Of a stretch of 64,000 nucleotides of DNA, positions 27,478-37,195 are shown piece by piece. The position numbers were made by a program, and so were the translations under genes. How positions within the stretch are numbered: position 1 is the stretch's first letter; every line of letters starts with the position of its first letter. The notes below the pieces were generated by a model. It saw nothing but the letters and a program-made list of their open reading frames with translations, was not told the DNA's origin and made no database searches. The DNA comes from Aquificaceae bacterium. Lineage in GTDB: Bacteria > Aquificota > Aquificia > Aquificales > Aquificaceae. The stretch is from NCBI GenBank assembly GCA_037925075.1, contig JAXSNR010000001.1:288001-352000 (forward strand), given 5' to 3'.

Positions 27478-29418
27478 ATGCAGATGGCGAGCATACAGCC
27501 CTTATACGCAGGCTTTCAAAAGCTTTCCCATTTTATGAGCAGGTTCTTTTCCTCAAGACTCAACCCCCTTTACCATTTAGGTGCCATTGCCGTATTTCTT
27601 CTGATAATAGATGTCCTATCAGGCGTCTATCTCTTTCTTTTCTACAGTATAGACCCTCAAACCTCTTACCAATCGGTGGAAAAAATATCCGAAAGCCTTC
27701 TGGGAAGCATAATGAGGGGAATACACAGATACTCTTCCGATGCCTTGATACTTACAACCCTTGCCCATATGGTGCATGTGATAATAACAGATAGGTTTAG
27801 AATGTTCCGATGGGTAGCGTGGGTCACAGGCGTTGCAACCCTTCTCATATTTTTGGCCATTGGGATATCGGGTTACATACTGGTCTGGGATGTGAAGGCA
27901 CAGCTAACTGGGCTCTTGACTGCCAAGTTCTTTTCCTTTCTACCCATCTTTGGAGACGCTCTTATGAGTGCCTTCCTCGGAAGCGACATAAAATACCTTG
28001 GTGGTCTTTTCAGAATACTGCTCTTTGCCCATATAGCCCTTACCATACTCATAGTCTTTACCCTTTGGGTTCATGTTATGAGGAACGCAAGACCAAGGCT
28101 TATTCCTCCAAGGTTTCTTTATATAACCATAACTATCCTTCTAATAGCCTTGTCTCTTGTTTTTCCTGCAAAGAGTGATCCACCGGCTCATATGAATAAA
28201 CTGCCTTTTGAAATGAGCGTGGACTGGTTTTATCTCTTTGGTTATCCTCTTCTCAAGTACATACCCATGTCCGCCAACTGGCTTATGTTTTTGGGCTTTT
28301 TCACCTTCCTCTTTATCTTTCCGTGGCTCATAAAGGGAAGAAGAAACCCACCCGCACACATAGACTTTGAAAGGTGCACAGGCTGTGAACAGTGTTATAT
28401 AGACTGCCCTTATGAAGCCATAACCATGAGGGACTATGAGGGCAAAAAGAAGGCTATTCTTAATGATTCCAAGTGTGCGGGTTGTGGTATATGTGTGGGT
28501 TCATGTAGCACCTTGGTTATAGATATACCAACCTATCCAATAGACGAATACATGAGAAGGATACAGATGGAAAAACCTTCCTACGTTGTTTTTAGATGTC
28601 CCTTTAGTGCCATACCACCAGAAAAAGATAACCTTTTTGTCCTAACTGTTCCTTGTGTTGGTGCTGTAAACACGCATCATGTGGAGGAGATTTTGGATAT
28701 GGGTGTGGAAGGAGTCATCATAATCTCCTGTGAATATGAGGATTGTTATTTCAGAGAGGGAAACAAATGGCTTGAAGAAAGGTATGAAAGAAAGAGAAGA
28801 CCCATACTCAAAAGGAAGGTGTTGGGTGGAAGGGTGCTGATTCTTGAGGCACCTTATGTAAAGTCTGTGGAGAAGGAAATAATGGAGTTTATAAGCTCTA
28901 AAAAGGAGGGGCAGGATGTGAAAATTCTGGCGACAGACAGGATAAACTACCCCATTGCCCTTTCTGTGCTTGCCCTTCCCATATTCCTCTTCTATCCTCT
29001 TACCACCCATAGGGTAGCCTTCTATCCCACGGACATGTCTTCAGTGGTTATAAGCTTAAAATACAGGTCATCTCCCGTAAAGGAAACAGCAAAGGTTGGA
29101 GATGGATCTTTAAAACACATGCAGGCTAAGGGTGCTATAGTAAAAGAGAGGTCACCCATAAGGATTGAGGTTTATAGGGATAAGGAGCTTATCTACTCAG
29201 AGGTGTACAATCCCAGGGGCATAAGGAAGGATGCTTCCATATTTGTTTACAAGGAGCTCTTTTTAAAACCGGGGGGTCAGAGGTTAAAGCTGAGGCTTGA
29301 AGAGGTAGCCCACAAGGACAGGGTAAAGGAGCTTGAGTTTGTGGCTCCCGAAAAGCCAAAGGATAGCCTTCTTATAACCTACCATGAGGCTACTGGGAAC
29401 TTTCTGCTTCTGAGATAA
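27478..29418 (+). CDS. Cytochrome b / 2x[4Fe-4S] ferredoxin / MvhD(FlpD)-like fusion membrane protein
   Basis: Cyt b His pairs RGIH...LAH and FAH...WVH, GYILVWD; CTGCEQCYIDCP and CAGCGICVGSC; PCVG...CEYEDCYFREGN; C-terminal TM plus soluble tail. Confidence 0.85.
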   Translation: MQMASIQPLYAGFQKLSHFMSRFFSSRLNPLYHLGAIAVFLLIIDVLSGVYLFLFYSIDPQTSYQSVEKISESLLGSIMRGIHRYSSDALILTTLAHMVHVIITDRFRMFRWVAWVTGVATLLIFLAIGISGYILVWDVKAQLTGLLTAKFFSFLPIFGDALMSAFLGSDIKYLGGLFRILLFAHIALTILIVFTLWVHVMRNARPRLIPPRFLYITITILLIALSLVFPAKSDPPAHMNKLPFEMSVDWFYLFGYPLLKYIPMSANWLMFLGFFTFLFIFPWLIKGRRNPPAHIDFERCTGCEQCYIDCPYEAITMRDYEGKKKAILNDSKCAGCGICVGSCSTLVIDIPTYPIDEYMRRIQMEKPSYVVFRCPFSAIPPEKDNLFVLTVPCVGAVNTHHVEEILDMGVEGVIIISCEYEDCYFREGNKWLEERYERKRRPILKRKVLGGRVLILEAPYVKSVEKEIMEFISSKKEGQDVKILATDRINYPIALSVLALPIFLFYPLTTHRVAFYPTDMSSVVISLKYRSSPVKETAKVGDGSLKHMQAKGAIVKERSPIRIEVYRDKELIYSEVYNPRGIRKDASIFVYKELFLKPGGQRLKLRLEEVAHKDRVKELEFVAPEKPKDSLLITYHEATGNFLLLR

Positions 29419-29752
29419 GGCTAAGTATCCAGCTTACCATCGCCTTAGCCTCTGCCTCTTCAAGCTTTTGGGGTGGCATACATTCCCACCTTGCCTTCCA
29501 CTTTCCACAGGAACCCTCCTTTAGACTTTTTAGAAGGGCCTTTTCAGCATCCCTTTGCCCTTTGTACCTTTTAGCTATCTCCAGAAAAGGTGGACCAATC
29601 AGAGAAACCCTTTTATCATGACAGTCGGTGCAACCTCTTACTCTGAAGAGCTCCTTAACCTTCGCTGTTTCAAGCTTTTTTCCCTCAACCTTCTCCTGAC
29701 CTTCAGGCTTTCCGCAGGCAAAGACTAAAAGCATTAGAAGTAAAAGCCACAT
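29390..29752 (-). CDS. Monoheme class I cytochrome c (lipoprotein)
   Basis: LVFAC lipobox-like signal, GCTDCH, IGP, MPPQ axial Met. Confidence 0.88.
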   Translation of the reverse strand: MWLLLLMLLVFACGKPEGQEKVEGKKLETAKVKELFRVRGCTDCHDKRVSLIGPPFLEIAKRYKGQRDAEKALLKSLKEGSCGKWKARWECMPPQKLEEAEAKAMVSWILSLISEAESSQ

Positions 29753-29761
29753 GCAAACCTC

Positions 29762-30529
29762 CTAAAAGTCTTTTTTCCTGAAGGTATAAAGACCAATAAG
29801 CATTAGTATAAAAGTGTAAAAAAGAGAAAGCAAAGAGGGTATAAACCACAGTTCTTTGAGATACTTAGCCAGCCACCTTCCCACAAAGCCCATAACCTCA
29901 TAGAGTCCAGTTTCCATAAGGGCTACAAGCCTTATCAGATCAATTGGGTTCGCAAGGGTTAGGAAAAGGATAGGCTTTTCAATTGGATAATCGGAAAAGA
30001 TAAGAATAAGGTAAAGTATTATGCCGTCGTAAAGGGCGGTGGAAAAAAGCCACAGAAAGAGGGAAAGGCCAAGCCCCTTAAGCTTATCTTCCATAAAGAG
30101 GGCGGAAAGTAGCCCAAGCAGTACAAAAAGAGGAATAAGAAAGATATTAAGGATTAGGATTTTTATATAAAGGGTCTCCATGCCAAAATGATAGTAAAAA
30201 GGTAAAAGGGATCCAAGGGAATAACCTGTTGCGATTGAAATACTAAGGCTTATAACAAGGGAAGAAAACATGGAGCTTCTTCCTATGGGTTGTGTAAGTA
30301 CAAACTCTATAAAGTTTCTGTTGTTATAAAGATAGTTTGCAGAAAGAAGTACAGAAAAGAGGGTAAGCGTGATGAGAGATATGTTATTGTGGCTTATTAT
30401 TGCCTTTTTGAAATCTCTTCCCAATGCAATTAGAATGTAATTTACAAGTAAGTAAAAAAGAAACAAACCCACAATCCACTTGCTCTTTATAAGGTCATAA
30501 AGCTCATACTTTATCAACTTAGTAAGCAA
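29762..30529 (-). CDS. nosY: ABC permease NosY
   Basis: Hydrophobic; LTQPIGR and NPIDLIR motifs; follows nosF. Confidence 0.85.
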   Translation of the reverse strand: MLTKLIKYELYDLIKSKWIVGLFLFYLLVNYILIALGRDFKKAIISHNNISLITLTLFSVLLSANYLYNNRNFIEFVLTQPIGRSSMFSSLVISLSISIATGYSLGSLLPFYYHFGMETLYIKILILNIFLIPLFVLLGLLSALFMEDKLKGLGLSLFLWLFSTALYDGIILYLILIFSDYPIEKPILFLTLANPIDLIRLVALMETGLYEVMGFVGRWLAKYLKELWFIPSLLSLFYTFILMLIGLYTFRKKDF

Positions 30530-31212
30530 AGCACAGCCTCCTCAAGCCTATCTTTTCCTGTGGAGCTTTTCACTTCTTCAATACTGCCCTGAAAGACTAT
30601 ACTGCCTTCCGTAATGAAAACTAAACGGTCCGCAAGCTCTTCAATCTCTGACATTATATGGGATATGTAAATTATGGTTTTACCCCTTTTCTTCTCTTCA
30701 AGTATGAAATTTTTTAGCCTAAGGGCACTGACAGGGTCAAGACCTACAAGAGGTTCATCCAAAAGGAGTATCGGTGGGTCGAAGGCTAAGGCAATAAGGG
30801 CACCCACCTTCTGTTTTGTACCCCCAGAAAGGTTTATAAACCTTTTGGTCATTTCTCCCTCAAGCCTTAGAAGATGAAGCATCTCTTCAAGCCTTTTTGC
30901 CCCTTCTCCCCTTAGATCTTCCACCATTCTCACTATTTCCATTGGTGTAAGGTTTTCTGGAAATTCTGGGATCTGAGGCATGTAGCCTATTAGCTTTTTA
31001 TAAAGACTGTTATTCTTTGTCTCCTTGCCGTTAAACAGAACCCTCCCCTTTTGAGGTATAACCAGTCCAAGTAAGATTTTTATGAGGGTTGTTTTCCCGG
31101 AGCCGTTGGGTCCAAGCAAGGCTGTTGTCTTACCAGCTTCAAATTCAAGGCTAAGGTCTTTAAAGAGGACCCTTTTCCCAAAGGATTTGTACACAACTTC
31201 AAGCTTTATCAC
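30514..31212 (-). CDS. nosF: ABC ATPase NosF
   Basis: GPNGSGKT, LSGG, LLDEP; nos context. Confidence 0.88.
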   Translation of the reverse strand: MIKLEVVYKSFGKRVLFKDLSLEFEAGKTTALLGPNGSGKTTLIKILLGLVIPQKGRVLFNGKETKNNSLYKKLIGYMPQIPEFPENLTPMEIVRMVEDLRGEGAKRLEEMLHLLRLEGEMTKRFINLSGGTKQKVGALIALAFDPPILLLDEPLVGLDPVSALRLKNFILEEKKRGKTIIYISHIMSEIEELADRLVFITEGSIVFQGSIEEVKSSTGKDRLEEAVLCLLS

Positions 31213-32402
31213 GGCCTCACCATAAGGGGTCTTTTATCCACAAGGACTTCTGGATTAAACAAGGGCACAAGCCTTTCCACTAAATCCAAAAGACGCATAA
31301 GAAAGCTTTCGTAAAGTATGAGGGTCAAAGGATTGTTTTCAAAAAGAAAAGCTATAAAAGATACGGGTCTGTAAGGTAGGTCACCGTATCCATCCTTGTC
31401 CATGTCGTAGCCTTCATACCTATCGTAATAATTACCCACAAGGCTGTTTTTAAAGTAGGAGAGGGTGTTGGTGGATACATCAAAGGCATTTTGGATGAAG
31501 GAGTTTCCTCTAAATAGGTTATCCTCACTGTTGGCATAGATCCTAACCGCCCATCCGTTGTTTTCAAATATGTTCCCTTCGAAAATAGTTCTGTTGCAAC
31601 CCTCAAGGTAGGTACCATGGGTGTTGTTTATAAACCTGTTCCTGTACAATCTACTGTCTGTTATATCCTTTAGTAGGAGGCCGTAGTTTGCTATGCCCTC
31701 GTTCCTTTCAAATATGTTCCCTACCATATCTATGTTTCTTGAGTACATCACCGCAACACCCGCACCATTTTTGTAAAAGCGATTATTCTTATAAACGTTA
31801 TCGTTGGAAAACATAAAGTGAAGTCCATACCTTAGGTTGTACTCGCTTATGTTATCTTCTATAAGGCTATCCTTTACGAATTCAAAGTATATACCATCTC
31901 TATGTCCCCTTACAAGGTTTTTTCTTATTATCAGCCCTTCTGAGTTCCATGCATGTATGCCATTACCCGAAGAGCCTTCCGCCTTTGCAAATCCCACTAT
32001 ATGATTACCCTCCACAAGGCAACCCAAGACCCTTTCAAAGTATAGGGCGAAGAAGTTGTTTAAAAACCTGTTGTTTTTTATGGTGCAATTCTTTGAGTTT
32101 ACAACTCTCATACCAGCTATATCTTCGCTGTAGGACATGCCCGAATTCCTTATTACGAACCCATCAACCCTTACGTTGTCCGCCCTTATGGTTAGCACCT
32201 GATGTTTCCCCTCACCTTCAAGAACAGGCTCACCCTCACCGATAAGTTCAACTCCCCTGTCAACTGTCAACGCTCCCTTGTAGATTCCAGACTTTACCAC
32301 TATCCTATCACCATCCTTTGCGTTGTATATGGCACTTTGAATGTCCTTAAATTTACACTCAGAACATACGATTATTGTCGCAAATAGAAAAAGGCTTATC
32401 AT
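31209..32402 (-). CDS. nosD: Periplasmic beta-helix maturation protein NosD
   Basis: GNGIH, HRDGIY, LRYGLHFMFS, GVAVMYS, DGYGDLPY. Confidence 0.93.
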   Translation of the reverse strand: MISLFLFATIIVCSECKFKDIQSAIYNAKDGDRIVVKSGIYKGALTVDRGVELIGEGEPVLEGEGKHQVLTIRADNVRVDGFVIRNSGMSYSEDIAGMRVVNSKNCTIKNNRFLNNFFALYFERVLGCLVEGNHIVGFAKAEGSSGNGIHAWNSEGLIIRKNLVRGHRDGIYFEFVKDSLIEDNISEYNLRYGLHFMFSNDNVYKNNRFYKNGAGVAVMYSRNIDMVGNIFERNEGIANYGLLLKDITDSRLYRNRFINNTHGTYLEGCNRTIFEGNIFENNGWAVRIYANSEDNLFRGNSFIQNAFDVSTNTLSYFKNSLVGNYYDRYEGYDMDKDGYGDLPYRPVSFIAFLFENNPLTLILYESFLMRLLDLVERLVPLFNPEVLVDKRPLMVRP

Positions 32403-32403
32403 G

Positions 32404-32856
32404 TCAGTGAGAAAACTTATACTCTTTTCTTATAAACTCCCTAAGAGACTCCCATCTTAGCAGTTCTCCCTGTTTTCCTTCAAGCACCTTTTTTGCCTCC
32501 TCCTCCCCTTTGTACGCAGAAAGGTTCATACCCATGGGACTTCTTATATCAGGGCTTTTTAGGTACACAGCCTTTTCTGCTGGTATAAACTCCTCTGGGT
32601 TCAGAAAGTTTGCCACATAAGCCATCTTTATTTCTTCCTCATTTTCATTAAAGTAGCCCACCATACATTCTATGGCGTCAAACTTGTAGACCTTGCCCTT
32701 TTTGGTTATAACCTCAGCCGCAAACTTCCCGTCCGCTATAACCATCTTACAGTATTCGCACACATCCTCACCAAGTTTTATAGGCTCTGGCTTTTCTCCT
32801 CTACAAGAAAAGAGAAAAAGGGGCAGGAGGAAAGCCCATAGCACTTGGAGTATCAT
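32404..32856 (-). CDS. nosL: Copper chaperone lipoprotein NosL
   Basis: LFSC lipobox, CEYCKM, FDAIECM, SPMG. Confidence 0.9.
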   Translation of the reverse strand: MILQVLWAFLLPLFLFSCRGEKPEPIKLGEDVCEYCKMVIADGKFAAEVITKKGKVYKFDAIECMVGYFNENEEEIKMAYVANFLNPEEFIPAEKAVYLKSPDIRSPMGMNLSAYKGEEEAKKVLEGKQGELLRWESLREFIRKEYKFSH

Positions 32857-33428
32857 GCTGACTTCCTTATGTCCAGAATTATGGCAAGAAATCCCAGTGC
32901 TAAGGAAAGCACCGCTATATACCCACCCACGTCGGGGAAGGAGCTTGCAAGCATGTTAAGAAGCTGTTTTGTTCCTATGAGTGGCGGTTGGTAGGCGAGT
33001 CCTGGTATCTTTATGGGTGCGTTTGGGTCAAGATTGTGCCCATAATCGTACTCCCACTTGTAGAAATCTACAAACCCTGCTATTCCCAAAAGCAAAAAGG
33101 TTATAAACCATGCATAGAGTAGAGGACGCTTTCCAATCAAGGAAGATAAAAGACCAAAGACTATAAGAAAACCAACTATAAAGGGCATTATCTTTAGTTC
33201 TGGTATCGCCTCTGGCTCTATGGTTTTCATGCCAATGTAGTGATTAAGGAGGTTTATGTTATACAGGTCAAACTCCGTTCCACCTGTTATTTTGTTTACC
33301 CATATGAACATTCTGAGACCTTCAGGGTATTGGGGAGCTATAAGCTCTATCCTCCAAAGGGGGAAGAAGTAGGTCAGGATTAGTAAAAGTGAGGCGAGGG
33401 CAAGAAGCCCTCTTGAAAATATGTTCAT
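32853..33428 (-). CDS. nosB: Clade II nos membrane protein NosB
   Basis: PLWRI.L.APQYPEGL, NLLNHYIGMK, YGHNLDP.AP, YQPPLIG.KQLLN. Confidence 0.85.
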   Translation of the reverse strand: MNIFSRGLLALASLLLILTYFFPLWRIELIAPQYPEGLRMFIWVNKITGGTEFDLYNINLLNHYIGMKTIEPEAIPELKIMPFIVGFLIVFGLLSSLIGKRPLLYAWFITFLLLGIAGFVDFYKWEYDYGHNLDPNAPIKIPGLAYQPPLIGTKQLLNMLASSFPDVGGYIAVLSLALGFLAIILDIRKSA

Positions 33429-33439
33429 AGCTTACCTCC

Positions 33440-35422
33440 TTACTTTTGTGCGGTGGGTGGGGTGCCAGTGTAGTATTTAAGAGGTACATTAGAACCAGCA
33501 GGAGAAACCCTTATATAACCTTGCATCTCTTGATGGAGGGCGGAGCAAAAGTCTGTGCAGTAGAAGGGATAAACACCCGGAGCCTTTGGCTTCCACACAA
33601 GGGTCTTTGTCTGACCGGGCATCACAAGGAGTTCCGCTTCTTCTGAGCCTTTGACAGCAAAGCCATGGGGTATGTCCCAGTCCTGCTCAAGATTTGTAAC
33701 ATGGAAGTAAACTGTATCTCCTACCCTTATACCTTCAATGTTATCGGGTACAAAGTGGCTTCTTATCATGGTCATGTAAATATGAACCTCATTACCCTTT
33801 CTCTCAACCCTTGCATCCTTTTCAGCTTTTACAGCGTAAGGGTGCTCGTTTTCAGCAAGTGAATAAATCTTCTTTATCTTGTCCTTTATCTTGTCTGCGA
33901 CTATAGCCTGTGCGTAGTGAGGCTCGCCTATGGTGAAGAACTCATGTATAAGTTGCATCTTTTCCCCACTTATATCGTATAGCTGTGCGGACTGGATAAG
34001 TTCTGGACCTGTAGGGAGTTGCCTGTCTTTGGTTATCTTGTTCATTGCTATCAGATACTTTCCATAGGGCTTCTTTGTGTCTCCGCCTGGTACAAGAAGG
34101 TGTCCCACAGAATAGTAAGTGGGGGCTCTGTCCACCACCTTACAACCCTTGTAGTCGAACTTTACCACCTCTGAGGAGACAAAGCAAGAGGTGTACCCAA
34201 AGCCTTTTCCGTCAAACTCCGTATGTAAGGGTCCAAGGCAAGGTTTTTCGAGCTCACAATGTAGGACCGCATCGTACTTAAGAACAGGAATACCCTCTAT
34301 TTCCTTCTCAAAGGCCTTCTGTTCTATAGCCTTTAACATCTTTGAAAAGGAGTGTATGGGTATTACCGTCGCCAGCTTTCCACCACCCACTATATATTCG
34401 CCATCGTCAGAGACGTCAACGCCGTGGGGTGATTTGGGGGTTGGCAGGAAGTAGGCAACACCTGGGCAGTCTTTTGGGTCTATCACCTTGACAGATTTCT
34501 TTTCTTCTGATGCCGCCATATGCTTTTTCTCATCGTAGTAGTTGTGATAATAGGTAGCTGGCATATCCTTAGCCTTACCTTGAGCTACGCATTCTTCCGC
34601 CCTTTTCCAGTTTATGGCAGCTATAAAGTCTTTGTCGTTCTTGGATGCGTTTACTTCAAGAAGGGTGTGTGCCTGTTCTGTGTTGTAAGAGGTGAAGAAA
34701 CACCAGCCATGGGATGGACCTCTACCACACCTTGCCAAGTCATAGTCAAAGCCTGGCATGAGTATTTGGAAAGCAACATCCATCTTACCCGGCTCATTAG
34801 CCTTTATAAAGCTTATAACACCCTTGAAGTTTTCTTTGTAAGATTCTATGGGGACATCCTTCTGAGGAACTGGCACAGAAAATCTTGAGCCTGCCACCAC
34901 ATACTCCGTGTTCTCCGTTCCGTAGGGTGAAGGGTGGTTTCCAGCGGTATTTGGTATTTCTATTATTTCGGTGGTTTCAAAGGTTGTGAGGTCTATCCTT
35001 GCTATCCTTGGTGTGGCATTGGCGTTTATAAACAGCCATCTTCCGTCGTGCTCTCCATTTGTCTGAGAAAGCCATGGATGGTGCGTGTCATCCCAAGGTA
35101 GGAAACCGTGAGAAGTCATAAGCATAGGCTTTGTCTCTGGTGAAAAGCCATAGCCCGTTTCTGGGTCAACGGAAAATACCTTGATGACCTTGATTATTCT
35201 TCCAGATGGAACACCATACACCGTTACCTGACCGTTGAAGCCTCCGGAGAAGAAAACGTAGAACTCATCGTATTTACCCGGTGGGACATAGACCTTTGAA
35301 GCCGCATCCGTACCCACCGCTTGTGTCTTCACCGCTTCCTTCTTTGGCGGGCAACCCGCCAGCAAAGCACCCACTACGAGGGCCGAAAGCCCCCCCACGA
35401 CCGCTTTTTTCTTGCCCAGCAT
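33440..35422 (-). CDS. nosZ: Clade II (Sec/lipoprotein-type) nitrous-oxide reductase
   Basis: LLAGC lipobox, no Tat RR; CuZ His motifs DTHH, GNH, PHG, GPLH, EPH; CuA motif CTDFCSALHQEM. Start at ATG 35422 after GGAGGT. Confidence 0.97.
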   Translation of the reverse strand: MLGKKKAVVGGLSALVVGALLAGCPPKKEAVKTQAVGTDAASKVYVPPGKYDEFYVFFSGGFNGQVTVYGVPSGRIIKVIKVFSVDPETGYGFSPETKPMLMTSHGFLPWDDTHHPWLSQTNGEHDGRWLFINANATPRIARIDLTTFETTEIIEIPNTAGNHPSPYGTENTEYVVAGSRFSVPVPQKDVPIESYKENFKGVISFIKANEPGKMDVAFQILMPGFDYDLARCGRGPSHGWCFFTSYNTEQAHTLLEVNASKNDKDFIAAINWKRAEECVAQGKAKDMPATYYHNYYDEKKHMAASEEKKSVKVIDPKDCPGVAYFLPTPKSPHGVDVSDDGEYIVGGGKLATVIPIHSFSKMLKAIEQKAFEKEIEGIPVLKYDAVLHCELEKPCLGPLHTEFDGKGFGYTSCFVSSEVVKFDYKGCKVVDRAPTYYSVGHLLVPGGDTKKPYGKYLIAMNKITKDRQLPTGPELIQSAQLYDISGEKMQLIHEFFTIGEPHYAQAIVADKIKDKIKKIYSLAENEHPYAVKAEKDARVERKGNEVHIYMTMIRSHFVPDNIEGIRVGDTVYFHVTNLEQDWDIPHGFAVKGSEEAELLVMPGQTKTLVWKPKAPGVYPFYCTDFCSALHQEMQGYIRVSPAGSNVPLKYYTGTPPTAQK

Positions 35423-35447
35423 GGCAATACCTCCTTTATAAGATTTA

Positions 35448-35909
35448 TTACTTTTCATCAACGCTTCTCAGATATTCAAGTATTGCCCTTGCATCATCCT
35501 TTGAAACATCTTGAAAGGGCATCTGTATTGGGTACTCAGCCAAATGCCCCTTTGCTACAGGGTCCTTCTGAACCATCTCCGCAGGGTTTAGTATCATGTT
35601 CATTATCCATTCTGGCTTTCTTCTTTTTGTAACACCTTTGAGAGGTGGTCCCACATACTTTTCTTCAAGCTTGTGGCACGATGCACACTTGGAGTCAAAT
35701 ATCTCTTTTCCCTTCTTTGCCAAAGCCTGGTCTATAGGCCCAAGCTGTACCTCTTGTATGGGTCCTATGCCTTTATCGCTCACCGCTTCCTCCTTCTTTT
35801 CCACCTGGGTAGGCTGTGGTGGAGATGCCTCCACGGGTTTTTCCGCAGGTTTTTGCTGACAGGATAAGAAGAGGCTTACAAGGGGAACAACCAAAAAGAA
35901 CTTTCTCAT
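35448..35909 (-). CDS. Cytochrome c lipoprotein (NosC-like electron donor)
   Basis: LFLSC lipobox, CASCHK, VGPPL, WIMNMILNP, distal Met. Confidence 0.88.
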   Translation of the reverse strand: MRKFFLVVPLVSLFLSCQQKPAEKPVEASPPQPTQVEKKEEAVSDKGIGPIQEVQLGPIDQALAKKGKEIFDSKCASCHKLEEKYVGPPLKGVTKRRKPEWIMNMILNPAEMVQKDPVAKGHLAEYPIQMPFQDVSKDDARAILEYLRSVDEK

Positions 35910-35937
35910 ATCACACCTCCGATGGTTTTACTAATCT

Positions 35938-35967
35938 TAATATAAGTGATTAAGGTCATTTTGTCAA
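35938..35967 (-). promoter_or_regulatory. nos operon promoter
   Basis: Minus strand TTGACA-17 bp-TATATT; shares TAATYACTTATATT with the nirS promoter. Confidence 0.7.
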
Positions 35968-36034
35968 GATATAAGAAAAACTTATATGATAGTAGTCATT
36001 TACATACTCAACTTAAGGCTCTATTTTATAAACC

Positions 36035-36526
36035 ATGCGGTTAATACCTGAGGTAGGAAAAGCTATCAGTTTAGATGGTCTTTATTTAAGGCTTTTGAAG
36101 GACCACCTTATGCCTTCTGCGGTAGGTTATGAAAGGGTCTATATACTTTCAAAAGGCTTAGGGAGATACATACTTGGGCAGAGGTTTGATAAGGTAGAGG
36201 CTCCAGCAGTGTTTTATGTGAAGAAGGCGGAGCTTTTTGGTTTTTCCTGTGAAGGGGATGTGGATATGTACGAAATAGCTTTTGGTAAGGGAGATATACA
36301 AGGGGGTGAGACTATTGACTTGAGAGAAGTTGAGCATGGCAGAAGACATCCCTTGGTAATGGAAAAGTTCTCCAAAATTGGAGATGGTGAAGCCTTCTTT
36401 ATCATTAACGACCATGATCCACTGCCCCTTTATTTTCAGATGAGTATGTCTTTTCCCAAAAAGGTGGGATGGGAGTATGTAGAGTATGGAGGTAGCTATT
36501 GGAAAATATGTATAAGGAGGTTATAG
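36035..36526 (+). CDS. DUF2249-domain protein with N-terminal cupin-like region
   Basis: C-terminal IDLRE...RHPLV...NDHDPLPLYFQ is DUF2249-like; the cupin call is tentative. Confidence 0.75.
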   Translation: MRLIPEVGKAISLDGLYLRLLKDHLMPSAVGYERVYILSKGLGRYILGQRFDKVEAPAVFYVKKAELFGFSCEGDVDMYEIAFGKGDIQGGETIDLREVEHGRRHPLVMEKFSKIGDGEAFFIINDHDPLPLYFQMSMSFPKKVGWEYVEYGGSYWKICIRRL

Positions 36527-36527
36527 C

Positions 36528-36944
36528 ATGAAAAGGCTTGTATTTTCTTTGCTCTTGAGCCTAAGCTTTAGCCTTGCCCATGAACATATGGAGGAAAGCT
36601 CTCTTACCTTTAAACAGGTTATGCAGATGGTAAATAATTCAGCTTTGAAAATGCTTCAAGGATTCCTTTTAAACAACGATGCTATGGTTCTGGAAGGTGC
36701 CAAGGAGATAGCAAACCATCCAGTGCCCAAGGGAGGACCCTTAAAGTACATAGACCCATCAAAAAGGGAAGAGTTTGCCAGGCTTATGCCCACCTTTGAA
36801 AGACAAGTACATGGCGGTGCGGAGGAAGTTATAAAGTTTATAAAGGAAGGTAAAAGGGAGGAAGCTTTTAGGACATATACAAACATGCTTCAGGGTTGTA
36901 TGGCTTGTCATGAGCTTTTTAGGGACAAGATAAAAGGGCGGTAG
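36528..36944 (+). CDS. Class II cytochrome c (cytochrome c'-like)
   Basis: Signal peptide, helical body, C-terminal CMACH..FR. Confidence 0.8.
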   Translation: MKRLVFSLLLSLSFSLAHEHMEESSLTFKQVMQMVNNSALKMLQGFLLNNDAMVLEGAKEIANHPVPKGGPLKYIDPSKREEFARLMPTFERQVHGGAEEVIKFIKEGKREEAFRTYTNMLQGCMACHELFRDKIKGR

Positions 36945-36946
36945 CC

Positions 36947-37195
36947 ATGAAGGGTGTGATGGATGTGCTAAAAGAAGTTATAGACCCACACACGGGTATG
37001 GATATAGTCAGCATGAACATGGTTAAAGAGGTGAAGGAGCTTGGTAAAGGAAGGCTTAAAGTGGTCATAAAGCCTACAAGCCCCTTTTGCCCTGTTGGAG
37101 GCTACCTTATGCAGGCTGTAAAGGAGAAGGTGGAAAGCCTCGGTTATTCCGCTGATGTGGAGCTTGAGGGATATATCTTCGGAGGTGAGCCATGA
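36947..37195 (+). CDS. DUF59/SufT-like metal-sulfur cluster assembly protein
   Basis: LKEVIDP...DIVSM...PTSPFCP. Confidence 0.85.
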   Translation: MKGVMDVLKEVIDPHTGMDIVSMNMVKEVKELGKGRLKVVIKPTSPFCPVGGYLMQAVKEKVESLGYSADVELEGYIFGGEP

